A stretch of DNA of 64,000 bases from Octopus sinensis (Eukaryota): the NCBI RefSeq assembly GCF_006345805.1, contig NC_043025.1, forward strand, positions 16,058,001 to 16,122,000, written 5' to 3'. The notes below the pieces were generated by a model. That model saw nothing but the letters and a program-made list of their open reading frames with translations. It did no database searches and was not told the origin of the DNA. Below, in pieces: positions 11,476 to 26,304 of the stretch (position 1 is its first letter; each line of letters begins with the position of its first letter). The translations under genes were made by a program, and so were the position numbers.

Positions 11476-14400
11476 CAGTTGTTGCAGTAGTAGTAGTAGT
11501 AGTAGCTGGAAGAGTAGTAGTAGCAGCAGGTGTAGTAGCAATAGTTGGAGAAGGAGTAGCAGTAGTAGCAGCAGCAGTAAGAGCCTCCTTTATAATTTGT
11601 ATTTTTGTTCCCTTTCAGAATTCACCCCAAGAAAATCTCCTTGGCTGGTTTCCCATTTTTTCTCGCAATCTCAATATATTGTTACGAGGTGAGTCTCTCC
11701 CCTTTTTCTCTCTTCCATTCCTTATCTTTTGCCCCTTTCTTCCATGTTATTCCAATCTGACGGGGCTGGGGTGCACGAGCTGTCAGAATTGTTGCTCTAC
11801 CAGACGAAATGATTGCCAGCATTTCTTCCAACTTGATTTACAGGTGCCACGTTTAAAGCACCCTTGCCTGTGTCGCATGTGAGGTGTTCGTGTTGGTTCC
11901 ATGTAGGGTGCACCCGTGCTTGTACCACATATAAGGTGCCTATGCCAGTTGCCATATAGTAGAATTGGTTCGACTGTGGCTTTGAAGATTTCAAGTTTGA
12001 AGTCTCTACTTAGATTTGATGACCAGATCTTATGCATGTCATGGCTCAGAAACCTGGACGTTATCAAAGAAGCTTGAGAGGCGGTTGGATGGAACCTACA
12101 CTCGCCTCCTTATGAGAGCTCAAAATCTCTCATGGAAGCGTCATCCAACCAAAATGCAAATATATGGGAAACTACCACCCGTGTCAGCTCTTGTGAAAGG
12201 TAGGAGAGTCCAGTTTGCTGGACATTGTTGTAGAGCTGAAAACAAGGTAATTTCTACTCTTCTCCTCTGGAAGCCATCTACTCGCGATACCAGAGGGCAC
12301 ACACTCTCCTACCCTGATGTAATCTCTAGAGATACAGGCATCCAGCAACAGGACCTCTGTAATGCCATGATGGACCATGAGGTCTGGCGTAGCATGGTAA
12401 ATTCCATTGTCTCGACCACGGTCGCAATACCAGAGGGCGCACACTCTCCTACCCTGATGTAATCTCCAGGGATACAGGCATCCAGCAACAGGACCTCCGT
12501 AATGCCATGATGGACCATGAGGTCTGGCGTAGCATGGTAAATTCCATTGTCTCGACCACGGTCGCAATACCAGAGGGCGCACACTCTCCTACCCTGATGT
12601 AATCTCCAGGGATACAGGCATCCAGCAACAGGACCTCCGTAATGCCACGATGGACCGTGAGGTCTGGCGTAGCATGGTAAATTCCATTGTCTCGACCACG
12701 GTCGCAATACCAGAGGGCACACACTCTCCTACCCTGATGTAATCTCCAGGGATACAGGCATCCAGCAACAGGACCTCCGTAATGCTATGATGGACTGTGA
12801 AGTCTGGCGTAACATAGTAAATTCCATTGTCTCGACCACAGTCGAACAATGATGATGATGATGATGCCAGTTGCAATGTATACAGTTGCTGTGCTGGTGC
12901 CATTTATAAAACACCATGCTGGTGTCACATACAGGGCACCCGTCCTGGTGCCACATATGAGGCACATGTGCCAGTGTCATATACAAAGCACTGGTGCTGA
13001 TGCCATGTAAAAAGCACCCTGTACACTTTGTAAAGTTGTTGGCGTTAGGAAGGGTGTCATCATCATCATCATCATCATTTAGCGTCCGCTTTCCATGCTA
13101 GCATGGGTTGGACGGTTCTACTGGGTCTGTGAAGCCGGAAGGCTTCATCAGGCCCAGTCAGATCTGGCTTGTTTCTATGGCTGGATGCCCTTCCTAACGC
13201 CAACCACTCCGCGAGTGTAGTGGGTGCTTTTTACGTATATATGTATTATTTTATTTATATATTAATTAGGGAATAAAAATTCCGGCGTCAAAGGGATTCA
13301 AATAAATTAAATTATTCTCGATAAGAAAATATATGTCATTTAGAAACCCTGCTGAAATGGATAATTGGAGCCTGGTGCCGCTCTCTGGCTGGTCAGCTCC
13401 TGTCAAACCTATTTCTTTATTACCCACAAGGGGCTGAACATAGAGGGGACAAACATGGACAGACATAGGTATTAAGTCGATTATATCGACCCCAGTGCTT
13501 AACTGGTACTTAATTTATCGACCCCGAAAGGATGAAAGGCAAAGTCGACCTCGGCAGAATTTGAACGCACAACGTAACGGCAGACGAAATACCGCTAAGC
13601 ATTTCGCCCGACGTGCTAACGATTCTGCTAGCTCGCCATCAAACCATCCAACCCATGCCAGCATGGAAAATGGATTTTAAAAGATGATGAGAGTGATGAG
13701 GGTGATGGTGGTTTACTTTCTGACTGCAAATGCTGCCAAGATCAACTTTGCCTTTCTTCCTTTTGGGGTCAGTAAAGTTAGCCGGCCCCTCCAAAAGAGA
13801 TAGAACATCATCACTTGGCTACAGTGCAAAGGGCCATGGAAAGTTCACGCTGGGAATACCATTGACCCTTTAGCGTTCAGATTAATTCTGCCAAATGCAA
13901 TGGTTGTGTGTCCACATTGTTTTGGTGTGATTTTTTTTAGTTTTAGAATGACATTGTGGGGTGGCAATATGTCTGTTTAGTATCTGTCTGTCCGTCTGTC
14001 CATCCATCCACGTCTGTTTATGTGTGTGAGAGAGATGATGTAATCATGAAAATGTATCTGTAAAAATGATGAGGATGAATACCTCTTCTTCCCCCTAACT
14101 CTCCTACCTCTATATTTGTAGGGTGCTGGGATGGTCCTCTCTCTAGAATCATCTGTCATCAAAGAAAAACGAAGCCGTTTCAGTTTGTGAGTAAAAAAAA
14201 AAAACCATTTGTGTTTGCATTTATTTTCTTTGTTGTTGTTGTTATTGTTGTCTGTTGGCTTTGTTGTTTAGCCCCAGGTTGGTTCTGATCCCATAGACCT
14301 ATGATCAAAGATGTTCTAGCTGTTGCCCTCATGTCTATCATTCTAACATAGTGTATCTAAGACTACATCCTTGTTTAGCCCTAGGTTAGTGCTGATCCAG

Positions 14401-17400
14401 CAGACCTATGATCAAAGATGTTCTAGCCATGACCATCCTGTTTTTTATTTAGGCATAGTGTACCTGGGATCACATTATCTAATGCGTTCTTTGTTGTTGC
14501 TTAGTCCCAGATCATTTCTGATCAATGAACTTATGATCAAAGAGGTTCCAGCCATGACCATCTTGTCTTTTATTCAGACATAGTGGTTAGGGGCATTCGG
14601 CTCATGATCCAAAGGTCGTGAGTTCAAGTCCCAGCAGCACATTGCGTCCTTGAGCAAGGCACTTTATTTCATGTTGCTCCAGTCTGACCAAAAAAATGAG
14701 GTGTACCCATAATTTCAAAAGGAGCCTGCCTTGTCACATTCTGTATCACACGTGTCTATGGAATACTCAGCCACTTGCACATTAATGCTCTGTAGCATGA
14801 GGGAGTGCTTCTTATGTAATGGTTGGTGGAGTACGAAGAGGATTTTTCTGTTTTGGGGTAGAAACTCTTGCTCAAGCACTGATTGGCCAGTTGAGACCAT
14901 CCAACCTTTGCAATGGATTCACTCCAACCCTAATCGTGTTATCAAATGTCGACATTGTTGAAATACACCGATTTGAGATGAATCTAAAGCTAAATGGTTG
15001 AGTAGCCAATATGCTTGCTCCATAACCAATGGAGGGCTGAACCCGTGGGTCTGTGGCCTTCATAACCTGACCCAGCAGTTTGATGCCTCTGTAGTGAACC
15101 CTTCCTACAGCACTAACCCCCTGCCATTTGGCTGGACCCTTTTCTTGTATTACTTGATTGATTATTCTAGGGGACTATACTGATCCCTTGCTTTTTTTCC
15201 CACTTGTTTCAGTCATTAGACTGTGGCCATTCTGGGGCACTACCTTGAAGAATTTTTAGCTGAATAAATTCACCCCCAGTACTTTTTCTAAAGCCTGGGA
15301 CTTATTCTGTCAGTCTCTTTTGCCAAACCACTAAGTTACAGGGATGTAAACACACTAACACAAGTTGTCAAACACCGATGGGGACAAACGTAGACACACA
15401 GACACACACATACACACCCACACATTCACTTATATATACAATAGCTTCTTTCATTTTCTGTCCCCCAAATTAATTCACAGGGCTTTGGTCAACCTGTGGC
15501 TAAAGTAGAAGACATTTGAACCTGGAACCATGTGGTTGTTAAACAAGCTTCTTACTCCACAGCCATTCCTCTTCCTCCTCATCATCATCGTTTAACGTCC
15601 GCTTTCCATGCTGGCATTGGTTAGACGATTTCACTGAGGACTGGCGAACCAGATGGCTGCACCAGGCTCCAATCTGATCTGGTAGAGTTTCTACAGCTGA
15701 ATGCCCTTTCTAATGCCAACCACTCTGAGAGTGTAGTGGGTGCTTTTACGTACCACCGGCATGGCTGGGGGGGGGCAGTCAGGCAGTAGTGGTTGGTTTC
15801 CTTACTTTTATACCCCTTATTGCTCTATCTATCAAACTGCTCTCAACTTGGATGGTTGGTCTCATTAGGGTCGGCTAAGGATAGACCCTCTCTCCCTTTC
15901 TTTCTCATGCATTCTCCATATTGAGAAGCTTCTCATGGACACACCAAACCATTTCCTTTAACCATTTCTACTTTTCCCAAAGAATTCACTTGTCCACATT
16001 GTTTGTGAGGAACAAATTGTCAATTTGTTGCCACCAAACTCTCAGTCCACGGCAGTGAAGCTTCGACCTTCAACTATTTCCTTGATTCTTTCTACCTTTT
16101 GCTATCCTTATCTCCATCTTTGTTTGTATCAGGCACTTTCATATTTTTTGTATTCACTGGTCACATGTTTGTGGATACAAGTACATAAATCCGCATATAA
16201 AAATATACACAACCTCTCTGCTTAGCCATTTAAACACAAGCAATAATCAGTGCATTCTGGGTGGTTGCTGCGACATGTATTCGTGACTGAAGCAAAATCT
16301 TTGATTGATTGTCATCCTGTGTTACCATAGATCAATCCATGATAAGTGCAACCTGCTTCACAACTGAACATAGTATTATCCTGGGCCGCTGATAAATGTC
16401 ACTGTATGTATTGACTCCACCCGTCCAAAAGAATTTATGCACCTGTTTCTTAACTGTGAAAAACTTGGCAGAGGCTCCCCTTCATCTTAACACTTGCACA
16501 CAACACACATCCACTTGTCTATGTTCTAGTATTTTCTGTAAGTTTGTCTGACCTAGTTATGTACGTATAAAGTTGTGTATATATTTTTGTTTACAGTGTT
16601 TTCATATCAACCATGATATTGGTCACATTCCTGTACATAGCATTTGGTGTTTGTGGATATTTAGTAAGTAAAACTTTTGCTGTTACTTCATCTGGTTTTG
16701 TGTGTGTGTGTATATATATACACACACACACATACACACATTATCTGTTGATATGTTCAGCCAAATAAAGTACTCTAAATAATCTGAGCGTTAATTCAAC
16801 CATATAATTACATATTTACACACACACACATCCACACATATAAACATACATACATATATACGCACACTCACACAAACCCACACACACTGACATAAAAGTA
16901 CTGGGTGCTTTTTACCTGCCATCAGCACTGACGGTTGCCATGCAACTTGCAAGACTGAATCCGAGGGGAGGTGGGGGTCATCTAGCACTGTATGTGTGGA
17001 TGGATATATAAACAATTGCAGTGTGGAAGGTGTTTATAAGCCATTTAAGGAACACACAAAAACCGTTAGATTCACTTCAACATTTAAATTTAATTTGCCA
17101 AAATATTTTCATCGCTTTGAGACTGCGACCTGTCACTGACAAAATTCTGTGCTGCATCACAGTGAACAGGTCATTTCATTTCATTTGAGTTTGAGTCCAT
17201 GCTCAGGCCAAGTCGAAGACTCCACCCTCAGAGTCTGGTGTGGTTGCCAGGTTGTATTCTCTGTTTAATTTTGACATGCGTAGGAGCGAGTTTGAGTCAG
17301 TTTGTGCTTGTTGTGTATATCCTGGGAGATGGGGTTCATCTCTAATGGTGCTTAAGTATCTATCCAGCTGCAATTTGAATGATTCCACACTGCATCCTGA

Positions 17401-20319
17401 TAGATTTCTGACATGTACCGGAATGGAGTTGAATAGTTGTGCTCCTCGAACCAACAGACTTGATTCTCGCAGGGCTTTTGCTGCCTGGCCAGCCTTTTTG
17501 TTGATTGGTGGTAGCTGGCAGCGTCTTCCGTGGCGCAGTGAGTGGTAGGTTTTGATACCAAAGTTTGGCACCTTTTGCTCTATCATTTTCCAAATGTATA
17601 TAATTCGGTATCGCTCAAATCTTCTTTCTATTGAGTACATCTTCAAGGTTTTGAGTCTTTGCCAATAGTCCAATAGTCATGGTTTCAAAACAACGAAAAT
17701 ATTTTGGCAAATTAAAATTTAAATGTTGAAGTGAATCTAACGGTTTTTGTGTGTTTCTTTAATGGCTTATAAACACCTTCCACGCTGCAATTGCTTTCGT
17801 TCCAGTACACAATCTCAGATCAGCCTATACATATATAGGCTTGAAATGTCAAAGACTTTTTCACTTCCCGAACGTTAACCTAATACATTTGTTTGTTGTC
17901 TACACCACCTGTCTTCATCTTTTGTTTTTTTTTTGGTTTTTGTGTGAATTCTCCCTGTATATATATATATGTGTGTGTGTGTGTATATTCCCTTCCATAA
18001 TCCACCAGTCTGTTCTCTCTTATGCTCACCTTCTGCTCCATTAAAAGTTTGATCCAGCACCCATCACGACCTTCCTCTTATCTCATAAATAATGTGGGTT
18101 TTTTAATACTTCTTTTATTTTCAAAATTTAGATAATCAGAGTTCTTCTTTGATCTAAAATAGAGTCTCCTTCACTTTTTACAACGCTCTTCCACCTACCT
18201 GGTAGACTTACGAGACATCTCAGGTATGTGACAGCAAAGAAGAGCACACATTCACTCCCTGCGTGCGATTAAACTCTGAAAGTTTGTGAGGAACCCATTA
18301 ACTCAATTTGCTGACTTTTCCGATGGCACGCAGGGGTCGATGAATGGTTGAATGACCAAATCCAAGCAGGGGTCGATGAATGGTTGGATGACCAAATCCA
18401 AGCAGGGGTCGATGAATGGTTGAATGACCAAATCCAAGCAGGGGTCGATGAATGGTTGAATGACCAAATCCAAGCAGGGGTCGATGAATGGTTGAATGAC
18501 CAAATCCAAGCAGGGGTCGATGAATGGTTGGATGACCAAATCCAAGCAGGGGTCGATGAATGGTTGGATGACCAAATCCAAGCAGGGGTCGATGAATGGT
18601 TGAATGACCAAATCCAAGCAGGGGTCGATGAATGGTTGAATGACCAAATCCAAGCAGGGGTCGATGAATGGTTGAATGACCAAATCCAAGCAGGGGTCGA
18701 TGAATGGTTGAATGACCAAATCCAAGCAGGGGTCGATGAATGGTTGAATGACCGAATCCAAGCAGGGGTCCATGAATGGTTGAATGACCAAATCCAACAA
18801 TTACAATGAGATTTTGTTTCACCAGGGTTTGCAGGACGTCCTTGTCCAGCTTTACAGATCTTCCGGGACAAGGCTTGTCTTCTAGGCTGTTGTTTCCGGC
18901 TTAGAATTTCTGGAACCACCGTTGACACTGGCTGATGCTTATTGTCCAATCCCCATATACAGTGTAGCAGTATTGTTTTCTTCATTGCTATCTTCACTGT
19001 TTGAGAAAAATATTAAGAATGATCTCGTTTGAGATTACAAACATCTTTGGCTAGTTTAACCTTGTTGTGTCCTCTGATCTGATTGGTCAGCATCTAAGCA
19101 CGGTCTGTCTCTCCACTTATCTCGAGCCAGTGTGTAAACTGACCAATCACGGCTTTCGGATAGGACTTTTCATTTGAGCCATCTTAACTCTCTAAATAGG
19201 CTGATCATATCACGATTCACTGTCTTTTGGCTTAGGACCTTTTAAGGTCTTAGTCGGAGACCACACAGAGCTTACTCAACCATGTTCCAGTTCGAAAGGC
19301 AGACGACAACCAAGCAAAACATAATATGAAGACGCTATTGTAAACCAGGTGACAGACATAACGTCATCACCAACATCGTCTCCATCTACAAAGATTTCAA
19401 CTTGTACACAACAAGATAAATACAGATTCAACTCATTCTGTTAGTGTGAAAATCTCACCACGGAAAAACAGTTGCAGTATATATATCTGAAAGAATATCT
19501 ATATCAAGAGAAAAATATGCACAACAAGTGACTCAACTAATCTCAGCTCTGAGACTCAAATCTTGTATAGAACTCATTATCGTGTACTACATGAACTGGT
19601 AAAATAACTCTAAAGTAACTTCATTTAAACTCAAAATGTTGAGATTTCTTTTATGCTCTGTTGTATTTGCATAAACCTTATTTCTGTACTTTTGTCGCAC
19701 ACACGAACACACAGACACAACCATCGCACAAACAATAACTCTGAGCACCTCTTCAAACTCCACCCATCTAACACCCGTGGACATATTTACAAAGTAAGAA
19801 AACAGCACAGCTCCCATGACTTCAGGAAACATTTTTTCACACTGAGAGTTGCTGAAGCGTGGAACAAACTGCCGGCATCGGTTGTTAGTTGTCGGAGCAC
19901 TGCATCCTTCAAAACTTCCATGCTTCCTGAGATTCGCCAACACTACACCTGATTTTCTCCCCTCCATACACACGCTGAAGCATGGAACAAACTTCCGGCA
20001 TCAGTTGTTAGTTGTCGGAGCACTGCATCCTTCAAAACTTCCATGCTTCCTGAGATTCGCCAACACTACACCTGATTTTCTCCCCTCCATACACACGCTG
20101 AAGCATGGAACAAACTGCCGGCATCGGTTGTTAGTTGTCGGAGCACTGCATCCTTCAAAACTTCCATGCTTCCTGAGATTCGCCAACACTACACCTGATT
20201 TCCTCCCCTCCATACACACACAAGCATGTTCACTTTCCAGACATTTCTACATTGCTGCATGTACTTTATATGCACTTTCTGACAAGTTGTGGTGCACCTG
20301 AGCACTGTATACAATAATT

Positions 20320-20353
<34 letters not shown>

Positions 20354-21805
20354 GACACAATACTACGCTAATAATCACAAATCACTTTGTACACTGTGAA
20401 TAAAATGTATCTTCTCTTTATAAAAGTAGAACGGTTTTTGGCGTTCCTTTATACATTTACTTTGGCACTGTATATTAAACACGTATTATGGCTTGCATAA
20501 CATTACGTCACATTATGTTGGGATGCGGCCGGATGCTGTTGAACAAGAGGAGAAAATATGTCACCGAAACTCCCTCGCGTACGGTCGTATATCCAAACAA
20601 CAGCATTAATATTCCTTACCCTTTCCATTGCATTGCAGCCTTTATTAAACGCAGAAAGCAAAATATGCCAAATATACTCCTTTGTCACTTCCAATATAGC
20701 TTTTAAAAGAATAACTGCTAAAATCGAACTGCACTCTTCAAAATTTGCACTAAGAATAAGCTCAAGGTAAAGCTACTACCTGCTTTTATAGCAAGTTGAT
20801 GCAGGTAGTTTATCCTGTCCCACGCTTAGCTAATGCAATTGAAAAAAGCGCATTATTTATGGGATGACCCGATATTTCTTTTATATCAAGACACCTGTGT
20901 TTGCCCATCTGCCACATAGTCACTCATCTCTACCTTACCCTTCTTCTCGGTAATGGGAGCTTGCCCTCCTTTCTTTCTCTTTGTTCTCTTTCCTTTTCCA
21001 GTCCTGCAAGTTACATGGCTACCTCACTAGTGCTGGTGCCACAGAAAAAGCACCCAGTATACTCTGTAAAGGGGTTGACATTAAGAAAGACCTCCATCCA
21101 TAGGAACCATTCTAAAGATGGCATCAGAGCTTGATACAACTCCCTATCAAACCGTCCAACCCATGCCAGCATGGAAAGCAGACATTAGATAATGATGCCA
21201 ACAACCATCATCATCATCATTTACTGTGTTTGTATGTATTTACACATACATACACGAGACTTACCCCAGCTGTATACACACACACACACACACATCTACA
21301 TGACAGATGATTACAATTATACTTTTGAATTTTTCTCTCCTCTTTCGAAGTCTTCTTATTTCATTTTCCTTTTTCTCTTCCTCCTTGGCGACCCCTCGTT
21401 CTCTCCTATCCCTGTGGCCATTCACACACCACCAGTCATTTGGAAAAGCGACCAACCCTATCATCACACTCAATCTTCCAAAAGGTGAGTATCCTCTCCT
21501 ATTTCCTTGGTCATTTGTTTAACCCCAGGTCAGTCCCGATCCAGTTGACCTATAAACCAAAGATATTCCAGCTGTGATGATCAAGCTGTCTTTTATTCAG
21601 GTATAGTGTATCTTGGATCATGTTACCTGATATGTCCCTTGTTTTGAGAAGAGGTATTAATATCTATCCGTTTATCTATCTATCTATCTACGTTATCTCT
21701 CTGTCTCTCTGTCTGTCTCTCTATATGTCTGTTTGTTTGTCAGTCTGTCTGTTTCTCTCTCTCTCTCTCTCTCTCTCTCACAATGTGTGTGTGTATATGC
21801 ATATT

Positions 21806-21857
<52 letters not shown>

Positions 21858-24800
21858 TATGTACGTATACGTCTATATAAATATGCATATGTATATATAT
21901 ATAGGCGCAGGAGTGGCTATGTGGTAAGAAGCTTGATTCCTAGCCACATGGTTCCGGGTTCAGTCCCACTGCGTGGCACCTTGGGCAAGTGTCTTCTACT
22001 ATAGCCTCAGGCCGACCAAAGTTTTGTCAGTGGATTTGGTAGACGGAAACTGAAAAATTTCACTCCTTAGCTCTTGTGTATGTATGTGTGTGTATGTATG
22101 TGTATGTGTATGTGTGTGTGCGTGTGTGTGTATAACCTGATGATGCGTGGTGGCTTTCTTCACTGTATTTTTCTTATCTATTCTCAGGGAAGTCACTGGA
22201 CTTTGCAATGATAGTCAAGTCATTTCTCTGCCTGTCAATGTTTTTCACATACCCAGGTAAGTGGCCCCTCTCTATCACTTTTTGAACCCCTAACTCATTC
22301 TCTATCTCCCTGGTTTATTTTCCCCTCTTCCTATTTTTACTTGTCTCTATTTTTTTTTTTAGATGAGTTGTTGTTGTTGAGGTTGTTTATCCCAGGTCCA
22401 CTTTTATGTATGGCCTAGTGTAGCTAGGACTACAGTATCCAAATTGTTCTTTTTTGTTATAGGTGCAGTCACGGTTATGTTTATAGTTTATAGGCTTAAG
22501 AAGCACATGGTTTTGGGTTCGGTCCCACTGTGTGGCACCTTAACCAACTCTCTCTTGGAAGTGAATTTGGTAGATGGAAACTATATGGAAGCCCATCGTG
22601 TCTGTTTGTTACTTACCCATAAACCACTTGACAACCAATGTTAGTTTGTTTATGTCCCCCATCACTTAGCAGTTCAATAAAAGAGACTGATAGAATAAGT
22701 ACCAGACTTGAAATACAATACTGGGGTTGATTTTTTTTTTTACTAAAACCCATCGAGGTGATGCCCCAGCATGGCCACAGTTTAATGACTGAAGCTAGCG
22801 AAAGATAAGATTTTGCTGGAAATATTTTACAATAAAAATGGTGTGTGGCTCAGTCATTAGGGCATTGGGCTTACAATCCTGAGGTAGTGAGTTCAATTCT
22901 TGGACCAGGCTGTGTGTTAAGACAGTTCATTCATCTGTAGAAATGAGTTGCAATGTCACTGGTGCCAAGCTGTATTGGTTTTTGTCTTTCCCATCGTGGA
23001 GAGGAGAGGCTGGTATGCATGAGCGACTGCTGTTCTTCCATAAAACAACCTGGGCCTCAGAGGGGAACATTCTAGATGCAATTCCATGGTCGTTCATACC
23101 AAAGGAGTTTTTAGCCTTTTATTTCACAATAGGAAGACTGCATTTGGCAAGGAGTCTGTTAAGATGGATATACGTGATCCCATGGGATGAAAGATATTAG
23201 GTACTTAAAGTAAAGAAAATGTTGTCATCTGTAGATTTTGGTTTACACAGAGATGATGGTTTAACTGCTTCTGAGTAAAACAAATGGACATAATTTAGAT
23301 ACGATAAAAAAGGACATTCTTGAAAACATTTAGATATTTTAAGATCTTTGTAAAGACAAACTAAAGAATAACTTTGGGTTCTAGCTCATGGAAGCTCTTT
23401 AGAATATCAAATGTAAAGCTTGCCTGTGTAATCTCCCTTTCTTAGTATTAAAATCACTGTAGAGATAAACTAAGCAATGGCTAAAATTGTAATCCCTTTA
23501 GAAAAGCAAAAATAAATTGTTATGCTTACATAAACATGGGTTCATACCATTCCTGTTTGGTATCAAAGAACTTTATAAATGACATCAGTAGAAGGATTTT
23601 GAAATTGTTGTCTGGATAGAGCACCTTCTTACCCTTAGCATTGGCCTGGAGCACAAATGGGTTCAAACATAAAATTAGCTGTACCCCCTATTATCCAAAA
23701 AGTAAATGTGTCATCATTCGGTTCACATCCCCTTCCACTCACTAATGTTGAAGTTCAACATGGCAAAGCCTTCCTAAGTTTAATAGATAAGTACTTCCCC
23801 ACTAGCCATAGGTACAGTTAACTGTTAAATAAGCATACGAACCCTTTGCTTGTCCTGAACACCCATGCTTATTTTTTTACAGTTATCCTTTGTTTTTATA
23901 CATGCTGAATAATATAAAGCTTTCTTTTCATAAGTCCTGAATTACTCTTGTGGTTGAAAAAATTAGGATTGTGTATCATATCTGATGCATGGATGCCAGG
24001 GAATTGGCAGGCATGGATTAAAGTTAGTTTCTGCTGCACTGCTAACTTGAAGCAAATTATGTCACTTAAAGTAACTCTTCTCATTGAGACTGGTTGCATG
24101 TGTAGGGACAGCACCACATAGCCATGGAATAGGTCCTGCAATGTAGAGACTATTGTACACGAGGCGTGAGGTTAAGTCTATAAACCTGGTCCTTTCCACC
24201 ACTCTTAAATACTTCAAACAGAAAGACCTGCCAAAAGATTTTGTCAGTCAAACCTGTTCCTTCAAGGACGACACAGATAAACAAAATATAAGAAAAGGCT
24301 CAATTTTACATCTGCCCTTAAAAAAAGAAAAAGGAACCATGGACAACAATAACTGGAGGGTTGGCAAAAGAGCTGGGCTCTATGTAATTAGTAGCAAAAG
24401 CTGTTGCCTCCACAGAGTTGAAAATGATTAACTCTTTAGCATTCGCTGTCAAATGTAAGGATTATTTATTGATATTGTTTTGAATTAGTCATGCATTATC
24501 TCATAGCTTCAAGGTTTTCTTTATTCTTAGAATAACATCATAGGGTAGGTGAAAGAGGCTGGATCTGCTCAGTTTGAACATAAAACAGGTGGCATCTTTG
24601 GGCTGGATGTGGCCAGTTTAAGTACTAAAGGGTTAATGCTGAAAAACTTATTAATAACCAGTATGTATTTAAATAAATAAAAATTGGAGACATTCACTCA
24701 ATGTAAACACACTGATAGGTGTATATTTTGTAACTGGACAAAGGTACCCAAATCTGCTAAAATACAACATTGTATTTATGCAGGTCTGGGTGATGATGAC

Positions 24801-25791
24801 AGGGATGCAGAATTAATATTTATGTAGTTCTCTCCCCTTAATGTTTTTTTTTTGTTGTGCTGCAGAATTTCTCTTCTATATTTTTTTTCTCTTTTATTTC
24901 TTTTTCTTCCATTTTTTTCCATTTCCCATTTACAACAGATAATCATATTCAGATCTCATTTATTTTCTGTTCTTTTAGTTTTTAAATTTTAAAGTAATTT
25001 TAAAGTCAACATGTCAAGTATCAAGGGATTAACACCTTTGGGTTTATTCACAAAGGATCTTCTTTTAATCCTAATTTCTGGTTTGAGTTTAAGAAGATTA
25101 AATAAAAGTGTTTTCCCAGAAGCTACTGAACCACTTTTAGTGGTATTGAAACTACAAGTAAACATGAGCTGACACTTGTAATTGTGTGTGTGTGTGTGTT
25201 TTTGTAGTGAAACTTCTATACAGGACTAGAAACCTATCCAGGGTATGAAACCATGAAATTTCTCCACATCTTTTTGCAGTGATGATGTTTCCAGCTTCTA
25301 AACTTCTAGAAAATCACTTAATTAATGAACCAGAGAAATACCTTTGGAAAGGGGTAAGTTTTTGTTTCTTGTTTATATATATGTAGGGATGTATGTAGGG
25401 GCAGTGGGCATTTTCTTTGTCAGCCTGGCGCTTCCTATGTTGACCCCTTTTGACGTAAACACACCAACACTGGTTGTCAAGCAATGGTTATGGAACAAAC
25501 ATAAACATAGACACATATTCACATACACACACATACCAACATACATACATATATATATATATATATGTATGTTTGTTTTTGTTTTGTTTTTGTTTTTACT
25601 TGTTTCAGTCATTTGACTGCAGCCATGCTGGAGCACCAGCTTTAGTCGAGCAAATCGACCCCAGGACTTATTCTTTGTAAGCCCAGTACTTATTCTATCG
25701 GTCTATTTTGCCGAACCATTAAGTGACGGGGACGTAAACACACCAGCATCAGTTGTCAAGCAATACTAGGGGAACAAACACAGACACACAA

Positions 25792-25843
<52 letters not shown>

Positions 25844-26253
25844 TTGGACAGGCTTCTTTCAGTTTCCGTCTACCAAATCCACTCGTAAGGCTTTGGTTGG
25901 CCCGAGGCTATAGCAGAAGACACTTGCCCAAGATGCCATGCAGTGGGACTGAACCCGGAACCATGTGGTTGGTTAGCAAGCTACTTACCACACAGCCACT
26001 CCTGCGCCATATGTATGTATGTTTAATAGTAATAGTTTGACAACAAAAGAATGATTGAGACCTTGATATTATGTAAATAGAGGAATTTATCTGTAAATGT
26101 AATATACAACAATTATTCAGTTGCCATAATAAAATGTTTGTCTTAATAACTGACGAGATACCAGAGCAGATTTTCGCCCCAACACCTGGAACTTGGAGTT
26201 TTATTATGGCAACCAAAATTGCCACATATTATATTACAGATATATATGTGGTG

Positions 26254-26304
<51 letters not shown>

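Noticed and set aside
16125-16185. Alternative VCGY-containing exon after tatcag
   Set aside because: Poor match to the family and no good donor; 16597-16663 fits far better
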